A stretch of 63,760 bases of DNA, the filler included, from Bigelowiella natans CCMP2755 (Eukaryota > Protista > Cercozoa): the NCBI GenBank assembly GCA_000320545.1. It is 6 parts of 6 records of this genome, joined end to end, with 100 filler letters (N's around TTAATTAATTAA, not from the genome) between each part and the next. Parts side by side here need not be neighbours in the genome. Positions count along the whole stretch, not along the records: positions 47,554 to 62,402 come from ADNK01002032.1; positions 62,503 to 63,760 come from ADNK01001101.1; 4 more parts are not named here. One strand, given 5' to 3'. The notes beneath the pieces were generated by a model that ran no database searches, had not been told where the DNA came from, and saw only the letters and a list, made by a program, of their open reading frames with translations. Positions 51,901-63,760 of the stretch are shown piece after piece. How positions within the stretch are numbered: position 1 is the stretch's first letter; each line of letters opens with the position of its first letter. Made by a program: the position numbers and the translations under genes.

Positions 51901-52501
51901 GGTTGTTGTTGCTGCTGCTCCCGCTGCTGCTGAGCTCCCCCCCCGCGCGAACCAGGGCCACCGAGAGCACGATGTCGCTCTTTCCCGCGCTGTGCAAGAG
52001 AGATGTAGAGATATCGTAGCTGTAAGAAAAGGCGGGGGGGGGCGAGGAGGAGGGGGAGCCGTAGTGCTCGCCGCCCTGTCGGCCGTCGTCGGGCACACCG
52101 CTGTCATAGAACTTCTCTTCGTTGGCATTCGACGATTCCCCGCGTCGTGCCCCCTCCCTCCCTCCCTCCATACCGACGGGAGTCGTGTTGTCCGAGAGCA
52201 GCGTGCTGCTGTTGCTGCTGATGGAGGTGCCCCCGCCCTTGGCGAATAAGATGTCCTCGTCGGGGGAAGGCTCATCAAAATAGGAAGAATTGATACGGGC
52301 TCGGTGTTGCTCTCCATTGGATGCCGTGGAATACGCGGTGCGTGTAATCCTGAAAGGGGCCCGAGTGAAATGGGCCGGAAAACCGAGAGGAGGAGGAGGA
52401 GGAGGAGGTGGTGGTGGCGGTGGGGCTGCTGTTGCCGTCTTTTGCACTGTCCCGGCCTCCTAAAAGTGTTGTAACTGTTCGTGTTTCGCTTTTATGTGTG
52501 C

Positions 52502-52540
<39 letters not shown>

Positions 52541-52563
52541 GCAAATTAGTGTAATATGGATAT

Positions 52564-52606
<43 letters not shown>

Positions 52607-52610
52607 GTAA

Positions 52611-52649
<39 letters not shown>

Positions 52650-53895
52650 CGTGAGAGCGAAAGAAGGAGATCTTCAATTTAGATTTAAATATGCATTTTA
52701 CAGAATATACTAATTATGTGGCTGGGTTATAGGCCAAAATAACAAGATAGATGTTTCTATACCCCCCCCCCCCCATGCACCAACTACTATTTCACCACGC
52801 ACTCTTTGAGGGGTTCAAAGTAGGCCGCCGGACCGCCGCCGCTGCCGTTGTCGGTTGGACGAGGTGACCCTCTCTATCGAAGACAAACTCCATGCACCCG
52901 CCCGCCTTGTTGTTGTGCGAAGACGATGAAGAGGGGGGGGGCTGGCGCTGCTGTCGGTTTGAGTTCTTAGGATGGAGCAAGGCTCGTCGCCAACGTGCGT
53001 AGCGCATCATAGATACCCTCCCCGCAGATCCGCCTCCCCAGGCGACCCTGCCCCGCTGTTGCTGGTAGTGGGAGCTAGCCCCGCTGCCTTCGTAGGTTGT
53101 CCGCATAGCAATACGCATCGCGCGCGCCTCCCCTTCCTCCGTGGCATACGCAATGTACATCCCGTCAATGGCCAGGTGCACGAGGGTGGCAGTGGGTGTG
53201 GATGGTGGGGGGGAGGAAGGACGGCCTATGGTAGGCAATCCGGAGGACGGAGCGGGCTCGAGGTTGAACACCCTCGTGGGGAGGAAGGGCCGTCGCTTCG
53301 CGTTCCGCTCTTGCGAGAGCTGCCAAAGGGAGACGAACCCCTCATCCTCCGAGAATACGGCAATGCGGCCGGAGTGCAGGCACGCGGAGAGAAGGCTCGG
53401 ATTCTCGACGGGAAGGGTCCCTAGATAGGCCCGCTTAGAAGGCGAGGCTAGGTGATATAGACACACGAAGGCTCGTTTCACGTCCTCCTCCATTATCTCC
53501 AAGGAAACTAGAGTCTCCCAGGCCGGGAGGTGATAAAGCGCCTTGATGGTTGGGTGCTTGGTCTCGATTACGCGCTCCCTAGCATAGGGGGGGGAGCTGG
53601 AGACGAGATGGATTTTCCCCTCCATCGTCCCGAGCGCGAAGCTCTTTCCCGCCGCGACCATTGCAGATACATAGAACCTGAGGATGATATGAGTAGGGTC
53701 AGGGAGCGGGGAGACTCATGTTTTATTTTCGAGTGGGGTGAGTGTGCAAAAATCATGCTTACGAGCTGCTTGAGTACGCCGAACTTGAGGTAGATTGCGC
53801 GTTGCTCGCGCCGCCCTTATACAGCGCTTTGTGCTTGAAGAACTCCATCTGGAACGATCCCACAAAAACAATCTCTATCTCTCCCGCAGTGCCAT
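47922..53895 (-). CDS. Large HPS3-like (BLOC-2 subunit) protein with extensive low-complexity inserts
   Basis: Collinear blocks resembling HPS3: LYHLPAWETLVSLE..AFVCLY; FLVTTWTSAYLYDL..VARY; VVSLPFLYALTADGGLQV; ELLIQAHYILE; ASFGYLG. Family call is from memory. Confidence 0.6.
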
Positions 53896-54209
53896 GGGGG
53901 GGAGGCGGAGAGGAACTACTAACATTGGGGAAAAATCTTTGGCAAAATTTTTGTGCTAGTTTTATACGAAGTTTTCCGCTAAATATCGTTTTGTGCTAAC
54001 AGTCCTGATCTCATTCCTCGCAACCTTCCCGCAACATCGCGACAACACTTTCTATCGACGGGATTCGCTAGGGTGACTTCTCGATAATTTTCATTCTTGT
54101 TGTCTTTTTGTGGTTTTGGGTTGTCGCAGGAAATAAATAATCGGGTGTAGTAGATCTGCGTGTACCTGGTGAATGCCTCAAATCCGGTTTCCCCCCTCCC
54201 CCTCACGAA

Positions 54210-56041
54210 ATGGATGGAGAACGTTTGGATATCGATCCCGAGATACAACCCGGCCGCGAATCATGTGAGTGGCGACAGAGCTGTCGTTATGCACTGACCA
54301 TGTCCTGCTCCCCTGTGCGATTCCCTTCGTCAGTAGATTGGATCATCGCTGGTTATCTCTGTGACATGGATGAGCTGGAGTTTACGGGTTGTGTGCGTTC
54401 TTCATCAGCATCTGCGAACGTAGCCAGAAGTCTCCTTATCATCTTCATGATCTTTCAGAAAGATCTAACGGTCTCGACATCGAAGAGGACCCAGACCTGA
54501 ATTTCGACTTGTTTCAGGCCGCTTGTAAAAGGCATCTTTTCAGTATGGGGCGAGACAGGCGTTTCACAGCCCGCAGCCTCGGAGCTCTGTACGAATCTGC
54601 GCATCAATTTCTTAACCAAATCGCCATGGCACATTTTGTGGGAACCACAGAAGACGTAGAAGGTGTCACACCTGGAGATCCAGGGGAGTCATTGTTTCCC
54701 CGCGCCCACCAGAAGATCATTCGTGATGCTCCCTTGAAATGTCTTCCGACGGCCTCTCATGTCTCTGTTAAGGAAGCGAAAAAGATGGTCGGCGCAATGG
54801 ATGCGGAGATAATGTCGAGACCTGACGCCAAATCGATATCAAAGTACTATTCAAGGGGGTGGCATAATAGCGAGGAATCATCGCCAGAACTCTGGACTCA
54901 GACTTATCTGGAAATGAACGCATTCAACACAAACACCCCATTCGAGGACTTCAAGGGCTGCATGACACTAGTCGAAAAGGGGAGAAGAGGTCATGAAAGA
55001 TGCCTGGAGAAGAATGCGGCGAAGAAGCCAAAGCAGCTCACATACGATGCAGCCTTCATTAACGAGTCAATCAGCAGAGGCCGTCGCCTCATCCGGGGCT
55101 GCATGGTGATGTCTACCCAAGAAGCTGTGGAGGAGATCTACAGATGGTCTCGTCGATCTAAAGGAGTATGATTGAGATTTCACCATGTAATGTTGTGAAC
55201 TAGGATGGCATTCATCAATGCCCGTGTATCATCTTCAGGTGCTCCGCAAATTACCAGCATTCATCGAGCCTTCGCCGAGCGGAACAGAAGAGGAGGAGGA
55301 GGAGGAGGAGGAGAGCAGGATCTTGCATAAGCGGAAGCGAAGGCGTTATGTGTATGATCATGATTGACACATGATTATGATATTGTGCGTGCTCCTCTCG
55401 TGTGTCCATTGCTATCACTTGCTATCACTTTTGCATATTCATCCCAAAGCTTTATTCCGATGCCTACTCGTCAGGCCACCACCGCATCACGAAGAGTGCT
55501 GTAAGCGCATCGTGGCCAACCTTGACTTCGATCCAGCATTTATCAGTTGGCGGATAAGGTGCTTGTTTGATGACAGCCCAGATCTGTCTGCGATAAAATT
55601 GGAGCAAAACACTGCGGGAAACTCCAAAAATGAGTATGATGCTTCGAAATACAATCCGTCGGCTTACCTGGCTGGGGTACTCAGTCACTTGGCATTTGAG
55701 GTGTTGCTCGCTTGATGTATGAATATAAATGATTAGAACTATTGTTCAGTCGTACAGCTATTTTGTTCGGAAACCGTAATATACAATCAATCTCTTATGA
55801 TGACTACTTGCGCATACAGGTTCTAGACATGGCCTCTGGGAGAATAAAAACAGCGAATTTGATAACGGAAGATGACATTCATGGGGCTCTGGCTAACGAT
55901 CACGAGTTTGCAGCAATGATTAGGACTCGAAGTCCAGGACATGATTTTCATTCTCCCAAAAGAGCAGGTCGTGCAACTACGACGGAGCCATTCGTCGCCG
56001 ATGTGTGTCCACACCATTCATCTCGATCAGTGTTGAGATAA
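54210..56041 (+). CDS. Multi-exon protein with divergent H3-like and H2A-like histone folds
   Basis: LFQAACKRHLFSMGRDRRFTARSLGALYESAHQFL is H3-like. ANLDF...AYLAGVLSHLAFE|VLDMASG..LITEDDIHGALANDHEFAAMI is H2A-like, across intron 55701-55819. Confidence 0.6.
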
Positions 56042-56699
56042 ATTGCTGCGGATGCCTCGTGCGTATTGGATCAAAGAATGGTCGACGGCTGCATCTCTAT
56101 GATTATTGAGGGTATTGTTGCATGAAACTTCATCGTCAGATGAGTGCCAAGCACCTAGATGCACATGTGGGAGCATGATTTTGGTCAGTTTGTTCTTCAG
56201 CCGCAACAAGCGTGGTTCATGTTCGATAAACCGATTCTAGATGTCGATTACTGCTTGGTTGATGCGCTTGCTAGCAGGGCCGTTCCGGCCACCATCGACC
56301 TGTATTCATCGCATGTCTAGATCTAGAGATGTGCAGTACGTTTTAGAAAATATATGCATCGATCAGATGCTTTGGAACTTCATGTGCGCTCTAGCTGCAG
56401 CTGTTGCCGCACATAAAATTGCACCATGAGGCACACAAATGTGCCATGCGGGCTGCGGCCAGCACGTTGTGCGTCGCACAGCTACCAGCACATCCAAACC
56501 ACAAGCTAGTGAGCACTGGAAGTGGATGGGATAAGGCGCAACCATCATAATCTACTGATCAGTAGCATTCCTTTTCACAATACAAAGTCTGAAGCCTATC
56601 AAGGATGAGTAGCTTTGCTCTTATTGAGAAATTTACACATGCTTAGCACATTTTACTTCATTTACATTAATTAAATATTCTTTACCATTCCACACAGCA

Positions 56700-58396
56700 A
56701 CGATTTAGCCCTACCAAAGGGACAGATATTAAAATTCGTATCCTTTATTGAGATGTCTTTCGTTCTGCGCGAAGCTGGCCTGTACGTGCAGACGTCGGGT
56801 GCCTACTAATTCGACACCAATGTACGTTCTTCTAAATATTCCGCAAATTTCATTCTCATTTCTTATTTTCCTCATGTCTCTTCTCCTCCGACAGCATTAT
56901 TTTCATGTAGTCGTCCATTTTTTCCCTAACGGAGACGGAGTACGCCGGGAAGATATTCGTCGACACCATCACATCCACAAACATTTTCTCGGTCGCAGGC
57001 CAGCCTATTGCTTGAATCCCCGTCATCGCGCGGGTCTGGGCGTGAATGAGCTCCTTTAGCTGAGAGTGCGAGGGCTCAGGTCGGCCATCGTCACTTCCTC
57101 CCTTGAGGCAAAAATGATTCCAGCGCGTTGAAACAATCGCATCCACAAGTCCGATGGACGACAGGAGCACAAGGGCAAGCTTCTTCGCCTTGCCATCACC
57201 CGACTCCAACAAGGTCTTGTCGCGCCCAATACCCCACCCTTGCTTCGAGCAGGACCCTAAAATATGCTCGCATAGCATCGACACAAACGTGCATCCCACA
57301 GTTGCTACCGCAGCCGAGTCGCTGTTATTGAGGATGGCTTGGGCCGCATCGTGTACCCCGCCCTCCATTATACATACGCTCACAGCAGCCCCAACCCCCT
57401 CCGCTCGGCCGTCTTTACTTGACGGGGGCTCAGTCACCAAGATGCAGAGAATTTGGAGAAGCTTTAAAGCGCGCTGCTCCCGGTCATCAGAGGGTTTTTC
57501 GTGGTTGCACGAAGACAGCAAATCTAGGGTTCGGAGGATCTTCTGGCTCCTCGCCTCTTGTGAGAGACGAACGTACTTGCTCTGCTGCTGCTGCTGCTGC
57601 TTACTCTGCTGCTGCTGCTGCTCGGACTGCTGCTCGGACTGCTGCTCTGACTGTTGCTGTTCCTGGTAATCAAAGTGCAACTGACAAGAACTTGGGGAAG
57701 AGGAATTGGCGGTTGCCGTAGAGGCCCAGGGACACGTGATGTGTTTCGGCATTCGGTCCAAGCGGAAGCTCTCTAAGTAGAGCTCGGAGACTGGCCAGGA
57801 TGCGCTGCTACCTCTGTGACGCTTTATCTCATCATCTTTGCTACTTTCTGAGGACGACTCAGCTTGTGGAGGAGGGTTCGGTCTCCGGCGCCTGAGAAGG
57901 ATACAAATTATATTAGAGAGGCCAGGTGCTGGAGGGTCTGCCCAGCTCAGCAGCAAACTAAACAACCCCGCCCAAATCCTGTATTCTCATCATTTCTTAC
58001 TTGCGCATAGCTTCGAGCGGCATTGGTAGGAAAATGGCGGTCTCCGATTTTTCACGGCGGCCGAGCAGAGACGGGGAGGGCAGTGTGGCGCCACAGGTTG
58101 TGTAAGTTCTCTTTTCAAACCCTTGATTCGGAACAACCAACTCTCCTCACTTCGCGCCAAGAAATGGTCTGTTTTTTCATTGTCGCAGAGGCGCAACGAA
58201 GGCGGATCATCCCAGGAAAATCTCCTGTAATGCAGCAATTTTCGAATATTTTTGAATTTGAATCAGCAGCAACGGTGCTGATGGTTGCTGGATTGCTGCA
58301 ATTCGAATCTTTGCATTGTACCAAAGAATCCCCGGTGTTCTGTCCATTTGTCCCGGGGCTGAGTCCCACATGCCGCTTTTTTAAAGTCGGACACAT
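56700..58396 (-). CDS. Hypothetical protein (possible F-box-like N-terminus, helical-repeat C-terminus, polyQ)
   Basis: A 369-aa ORF at 56856-57965 plus an upstream ORF. Exon structure and ends unresolved. Confidence 0.45.
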
Positions 58397-58504
58397 GAGC
58401 CTCAAGATGGGCCAAATAAATACGCCGAAACAATTGCCTGGTTCATGTCGCAGCATCGATATTCAGGCCATATTCGCTGTTTAGCGTGAACACAACTCAC
58501 AACA

Positions 58505-60320
58505 ATGGGACGCCACGTTTGCTTCCTTCTGCTCTCCGTGCTTATGGGCCCTCTCGCGGCCGGAGAGGACCCGATCCAGCAAATCCACCTCACCTTTACC
58601 GGGGATGAGACTGTGATGGCCGTGGAATTCGTCTCCAATGCAACAGAGGCCGGAGTTATGTATGGTAATAATACGCAGTAGTGTTCCCATTCCCTTGCAA
58701 CTCATCATCTCGGCTAAAATATCAAGGATGTGGTCTCGGGCCCAGAGAGAACTACGTTGCGACGACGTCTTTCCGCTTAGAGAAGGTTGGAGTTTTGCAT
58801 CGGGCCGAGATGAAGGGGCTGGAGCCCCGTAGCGAGTGCTTCTACCGTGCGAATATCAGCACCTACACGACGAGCTGGATCAATTTTACGGCTGGAATTC
58901 CTTTGCGCGGAGACAAACAGTCAGTACTACCATCCTCCACAGGCCTCTGAGTCATCCTCTCCCCTCCTCTCCCCATGACATGCACATTTAAGATTTTTTA
59001 TCGGCCGGTCCCTCATACTTTCGATGCGATCGACGACACCTTATGCCACAGGCACATCGCAGCTGTCTACGGCGACTTTGGCATTGACAACGGCAAGTCA
59101 ATGGATCAGCTGACGGAACAGGGACGCGCCAGAGTATTCGATTTCACGCTGCACATAGGCGATATTGCCTACAACCTTTGGGATAGAGGCGACGCGTTCA
59201 TGAATGCGATCTCTGGCTGGGCGCGCCATTCGCCGTACATGGTAGCTGTGGGAAACCACGAGCACAAGGATAACTTCACTCAGTACGTGCGGCGTTTTGC
59301 TGCACATAATTACACCTCCCGCCGGTCCTTATCAACGAACCCTTCCTTCTACAGGTCGCCCATAGCTACTTCAATATGTGTTTATTCGTCGTGTGGAAAG
59401 CGTTATTTTGCAATTAAACAAGGCAACGCTACTGCAGTCGCTTTCTCCATCCCACTTCCCTTCCCCCCCTTTTATCGATGTCTATCTCTCCCCTATCTTC
59501 TTTCCTGGCTATCACAATTGAAATGTTAATTTTATTTATTTTCAATAATCGATCGACCCATCAATCAATCACCAGCTGGAATGCCGGGCTGATCCACTAC
59601 ATTGCCATCAACACGGAGTCGTATAAGTTTCCGGACGAGACTGCAAACTCCCCCTTCCCTTTCACGCACGAGGAGCAGCTCGAGTGGCTCGAGGCAGACC
59701 TGCGAGAGGCGCAGGCTAACCGCGAAAAGCAGCCATGGATCGTCATGTACGGCCACAAGGGCTGGTACATGAACGTATGGGACAAGAACGAGAAGCATAT
59801 TACCACCAACTTCACTGGCTTTGACGCGCTCGCTGATCAGTACGGCGTCGATCTATATCTCACCGGCCACGTGCACTTGTACCAGAGGTTCCTACCGTTG
59901 CGCGGCTCCGCGGATATCCGCCGCTTCGCCCCCCCCTCCCACGTCGATAGAGACTGCGCGTCCAGGGACAAGCACGTTTACTACAATCCAAAACACATGA
60001 CCACCATCGTCGCGGGGTCGCCTGGCGACAAGGAGCTGTCTTTTGTGGGCGAGTGTGCAGCCATGGGCCTACTCAATGACGTCGCCTTCAAGTCGTCGCA
60101 GGTGGAGTGCCGTGACTCGTACGGCTTCGGCCTACTGCAGGCGCATAATAGCACCCACCTCAGCTGGATATGGGAGGAAACTGCCCGACCCTCTTTGCCC
60201 CCCGTTACAATGCTAGTGGATGATGGCAGCCAAGGGCACCAGGAGGAGAAGGTAGGAGCTGCTAGTGTCGGCAACTCGAAGTATAAAGATCATCTCTGGC
60301 TAGTGAAGGACCGACCATAG
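58505..60320 (+). CDS. Secreted purple acid phosphatase (ACP7-like metallophosphoesterase)
   Basis: Signal peptide MGRHVCFLLLSVLMGPLAAG, QQIHL N-terminal domain, and metal-binding motifs GDFG, GDIAY, GNHE, VMYGH and GHVH. Confidence 0.95.
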
Positions 60321-60832
60321 ATGATTGATCCCGCGAACCGGTAGCCTCCACGTTCCCGATGTGCGTTTTTTAGCTCAGAAGAAACACTTATGAAGCACTT
60401 GATTTTCCGCCATTCCGTCATTCTACTCTATCGGTATATGTGGCGCTACTCTAGATTATGACGATCCAGCACGCCTAGATGCGCGCGGCATTGTCAATTG
60501 CGCGGCTGCATGATTATATCGCATAATGCTAGAATGGTGCGCGTTTCTACATGTGACGAACAACAATGAACTACGTTGTATTCTAGTATTGAGCAGGATG
60601 AATCCCCACTTATGATTCCATTACGTCTAGCTAGACTGCGGAAGCGCGCGCGCTAGGTAAGAACTATATACTAGCTGGCTAGTAGACTAGGTATAGGAAA
60701 GAGATCACGCCGCGCCAACATAGTTTTTGGTCGTTTTTGCATTGTTAGAGTGAAGCTGCTTGACAGGGTGGTGGGGTGCATGCGAGATGCGACAGTGCTC
60801 ATGCTGCCGTAGGCACCATTGATTCTACGTTG

Positions 60833-61351
60833 CTACGTCTGTATCGAGTCTTCATCTACATTCATTTGATCATTGCCATCGCGGGGTTCCTCCTCCGATT
60901 TCGACTTTGCCCTCTCCTCCTCCCTGGCAGAAGCTTCTTCCACCTTGTCTGGCTGCGGTGACGAAGGAGCTTCCTGCTCCATATCGAGCTGCTGCTGTTG
61001 CTGTTGCTGCGTTGCTGATGTTTGTTCTGTTGTTTGCCCCTTCTCCTCCTGCATGCTCTCTTGTGCTGTCGCTTCTACTGACTTTTCTAGTGACGATTGT
61101 TGCTGTTGTTGCTGCTGTGAAGAGGAGGCCGCTGCAAGTGCCGTTTGAGGGCCGGATCCAAGCGTTGCTGCAACTGACAGGGGGGTGGCCGGTATTGATG
61201 CTTTCGAGGTGGCAGGCTGTGTCGTTGCCATCGTGATCGGCGTCGTCGTCGTCGCTACTATCGGCGTGGCCGTCGGTATTGTCATCTGCGGGGGGGCGGC
61301 ACCTACCACAGCTCCTAGTTGTGTCGTCGTCGTCGTCGTCGTCTGCAGTTG

Positions 61352-61388
<37 letters not shown>

Positions 61389-61441
61389 AGAGGCACGGCC
61401 GTTGCTGTTGCTGTTGGTACTACTGGTTGGAGTGTGGAGAC

Positions 61442-61481
<40 letters not shown>

Positions 61482-61991
61482 GGGCGTGAAAAGGCCAGAG
61501 GCAGTAGTTTCTGTGCCGTCGTGGCTGCTGTCGCCGCTGGTCGCGGAAACGTTTTGGCAAATGCAGCAGCAGGAAAGGATGGATTGCCCTGGCTGCTGCG
61601 GTTGCTGCTGGCCGTGGGAGAGAGGAGTGGGGTCACAGCAGCAGCACTGCTGCTACGAGCAGAGGCGAAAGACTGGAGGCCTACATGCCAATTGAAGTAT
61701 TTCTCACCGAGACTCTTGGGCACGAACGTAGTTTTTACAGGATAGGACGCCTCCTGAGGAGAAGGGAGAGGAGGAGAAGGAAGAGGAGAGAGAGGAGGAG
61801 TAAAATAAGGGATAACTCAGTAAGGCCGCACAAATGGGAGATGCTGGAGACGAGAAGAAGCAATGGCCGAGATAGCTCTCAGTAGGGAAGAGGCAGCGAC
61901 GTGGCAAACAGTTGAAGGGACAAAGTAACAATGCATCTTTGTCGCTTATGCTGTTCCGCTTCTCTTGCTATGCTTTCATAAAAATACCACT

Positions 61992-62023
<32 letters not shown>

Positions 62024-62150
62024 GATGTCGTCGTCGTCGTCGTCGTTATCATCATCCTTTACCAGGTCAAAAGCCGCCCTCCACGCGGAACTAAACATCC
62101 CAAGGTGCGAATCGACCACAGGGACATTGATTTTCTGGAGAAAGAGGGTG
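60833..62150 (-). CDS. 3' part of a hypothetical protein with a Q/T/A-rich low-complexity tail
   Basis: Long terminal exon with CAG tracts ending DEDSIQT-stop; short upstream exons. Confidence 0.55.
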
Positions 62151-62300
62151 GCTCGATGAATACTTTCATATATATATATGTGTATATGTATGTATAAATA
62201 TATAAGTATTTATGTATGTGTGTAGATATAACTTAATATACAGATTTTATGCGTTTGTGTCTCGCAAAGAAAATAAAATACTACATATTTTATCTAAATA

Positions 62301-62370
<70 letters not shown>

Positions 62371-62402
62371 TGGATGAGTTTGTGTGTGAGAGACACACAC
62401 AC

Positions 62403-62502
62403 NNNNNNNNNNNNNNNNNNNNNNNNNNNNNNNNNNNNNNNNNNNNTTAATTAATTAANNNNNNNNNNNNNNNNNNNNNNNNNNNNNNNNNNNNNNNNNN
62501 NN
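62403..62502. other. Artificial contig spacer
   Basis: N44-TTAATTAATTAA-N44. Confidence 0.98.
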
Positions 62503-62709
62503 ATCGAGCGACAATAAGTGGCTTCACGATATTAGACATCATATCAAGTTTGTCTTCTTCTCATTCCTCCCATCGTCGCATCGTTACACCAAAAAAAAAA
62601 TCATACAGTTGCGCGTCAAAAGCAGGCATATGCGTCTTTCTAAATACTCGATACATGTGTCGTATCGGTTCTCTTCTTGATCCGAAAAGCCTTTTGTTGT
62701 GCGAAACAG

Positions 62710-63134
62710 GTGACTTGCAAGCTGCGAAGAAGTCTTACGAGAAGCTCATAAATGAGCTCAAGGCGGAGAGGAGGGAGGACCAACTCACCGCACAGGTGTT
62801 TGTTCCCTCGGGCCTAATATGGATAGCACCTCCTCGTTTCTCTCACATGAAATCGACGCCTATTCTCGCCATGCTGCGGATTACGAATGCTTTCACGTGT
62901 AGCGCGCTCACTGCAAATATACACGCACACAAACGCACACACACACACACACACGCACACATACACACATCCACACACGCGAATACGCATCTTATCAAGT
63001 TTGTATATATTGCCACACATCTAAGCTCGAATACACGACTACCTCGCAGGTGCTAACCAACTACGGGGACCTGTTATTGAAGTTGAATCTCGCGGAGGAG
63101 GCTCGCACGGTATGAGGATAGATAACGATGATGA

Positions 63135-63167
<33 letters not shown>

Positions 63168-63419
63168 CAGAAGGCGACAGCTTCACAGGCAACAACAACA
63201 ACAACAATAAAAATAATAATAATAATAATAACGCCTTACACCGCCCTCTTCCTCCGGGTTCCTTCCCTCCCCTCCCTTTTTCAACGAGTCGAAGCAACCC
63301 ATCTATAATATATATATATATATATATATATCCGCAAGATGGTAAACAACACACCTTGGCACTACTACTACTACCATTTAGGTGTTGTTACGAGCAGAAA
63401 AGCTCATGGTTCGTTATCG
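62710..63419 (+). CDS. Internal exons of a TPR-like protein
   Basis: GDLQAAKKSYEKLINELKAERREDQLTAQ|VLTNYGDLLLKLNLAEEART|VLLRAEKLMVRY, with GT-AG introns. Confidence 0.6.
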
Positions 63420-63760
63420 GTATAATCCCCGACCTCTCCCCCCCCCCCCCCTCATCATCCTTCATCCAGGGCTCAGGATTCCTGGGTTAACCCTTCTTCT
63501 GACTTGGTTCACAATGTTATCCCTCCCCCCCCCACCCCCCCCGTGGACCGGGGGAAAGGGGGCTATAACGACGGGGCTACCAAAAATAGGTCCTCGTGGC
63601 CCCACCTATGCCCCGACCGGGGACTTTTAAAAAACTATGAAACTCTTCCAGGGCTTCCCGGTGGGTGGGGGGCTTGGTTTTAGGAAATTTTCCCTTCGGG
63701 AGAAAAAACAGAGGAAAATTATCGCAAAAATATTATATGAGGGGGGGGTGGGTGAAAAAT

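Noticed and set aside
63420-63760. G/C homopolymer-rich tail and its ORFs
   Set aside because: It looks like low-quality read-end sequence.

Overview
The window is six contigs joined by five artificial 100-nt spacers (N44-TTAATTAATTAA-N44), so adjacency across a spacer means nothing. Five contigs are nuclear DNA of an intron- and microsatellite-rich protist; a chlorarachniophyte such as Bigelowiella is plausible but is only an inference. Spliced by eye, the host genes are a stand-alone mitochondrial lipoyl-domain protein, an intronless MetAP2, a CBS-domain protein, PEX11, a TBC1D22/Gyp1 Rab-GAP, Sec1/Munc18, two ankyrin proteins, a DHX33-like helicase, an HPS3-like protein, a protein with H3-like and H2A-like histone folds, a purple acid phosphatase and a TPR fragment. 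Contig 21739-32245 is very different: AT-rich, intronless and gene-dense, and best read as part of a virophage/Polinton-like virus. It encodes a primase-less D5-type SF3 helicase, a compact exonuclease-less PolB with an HTDS motif C, a GIY-YIG/Zn-finger nuclease, three related fibre proteins and a Sputnik V21-like protein. It also has two promoter classes, and the long fibre gene is bracketed by paired inverted palindromic sites. No capsid, packaging ATPase, protease, integrase or host junction is visible. Host intergenic and repeat DNA shows strong TpA depletion with CTAG spared, and a dispersed repeat sits co-oriented upstream of three genes. All calls are from reading the sequence without database searches, and outer exon coordinates are approximate where stated.
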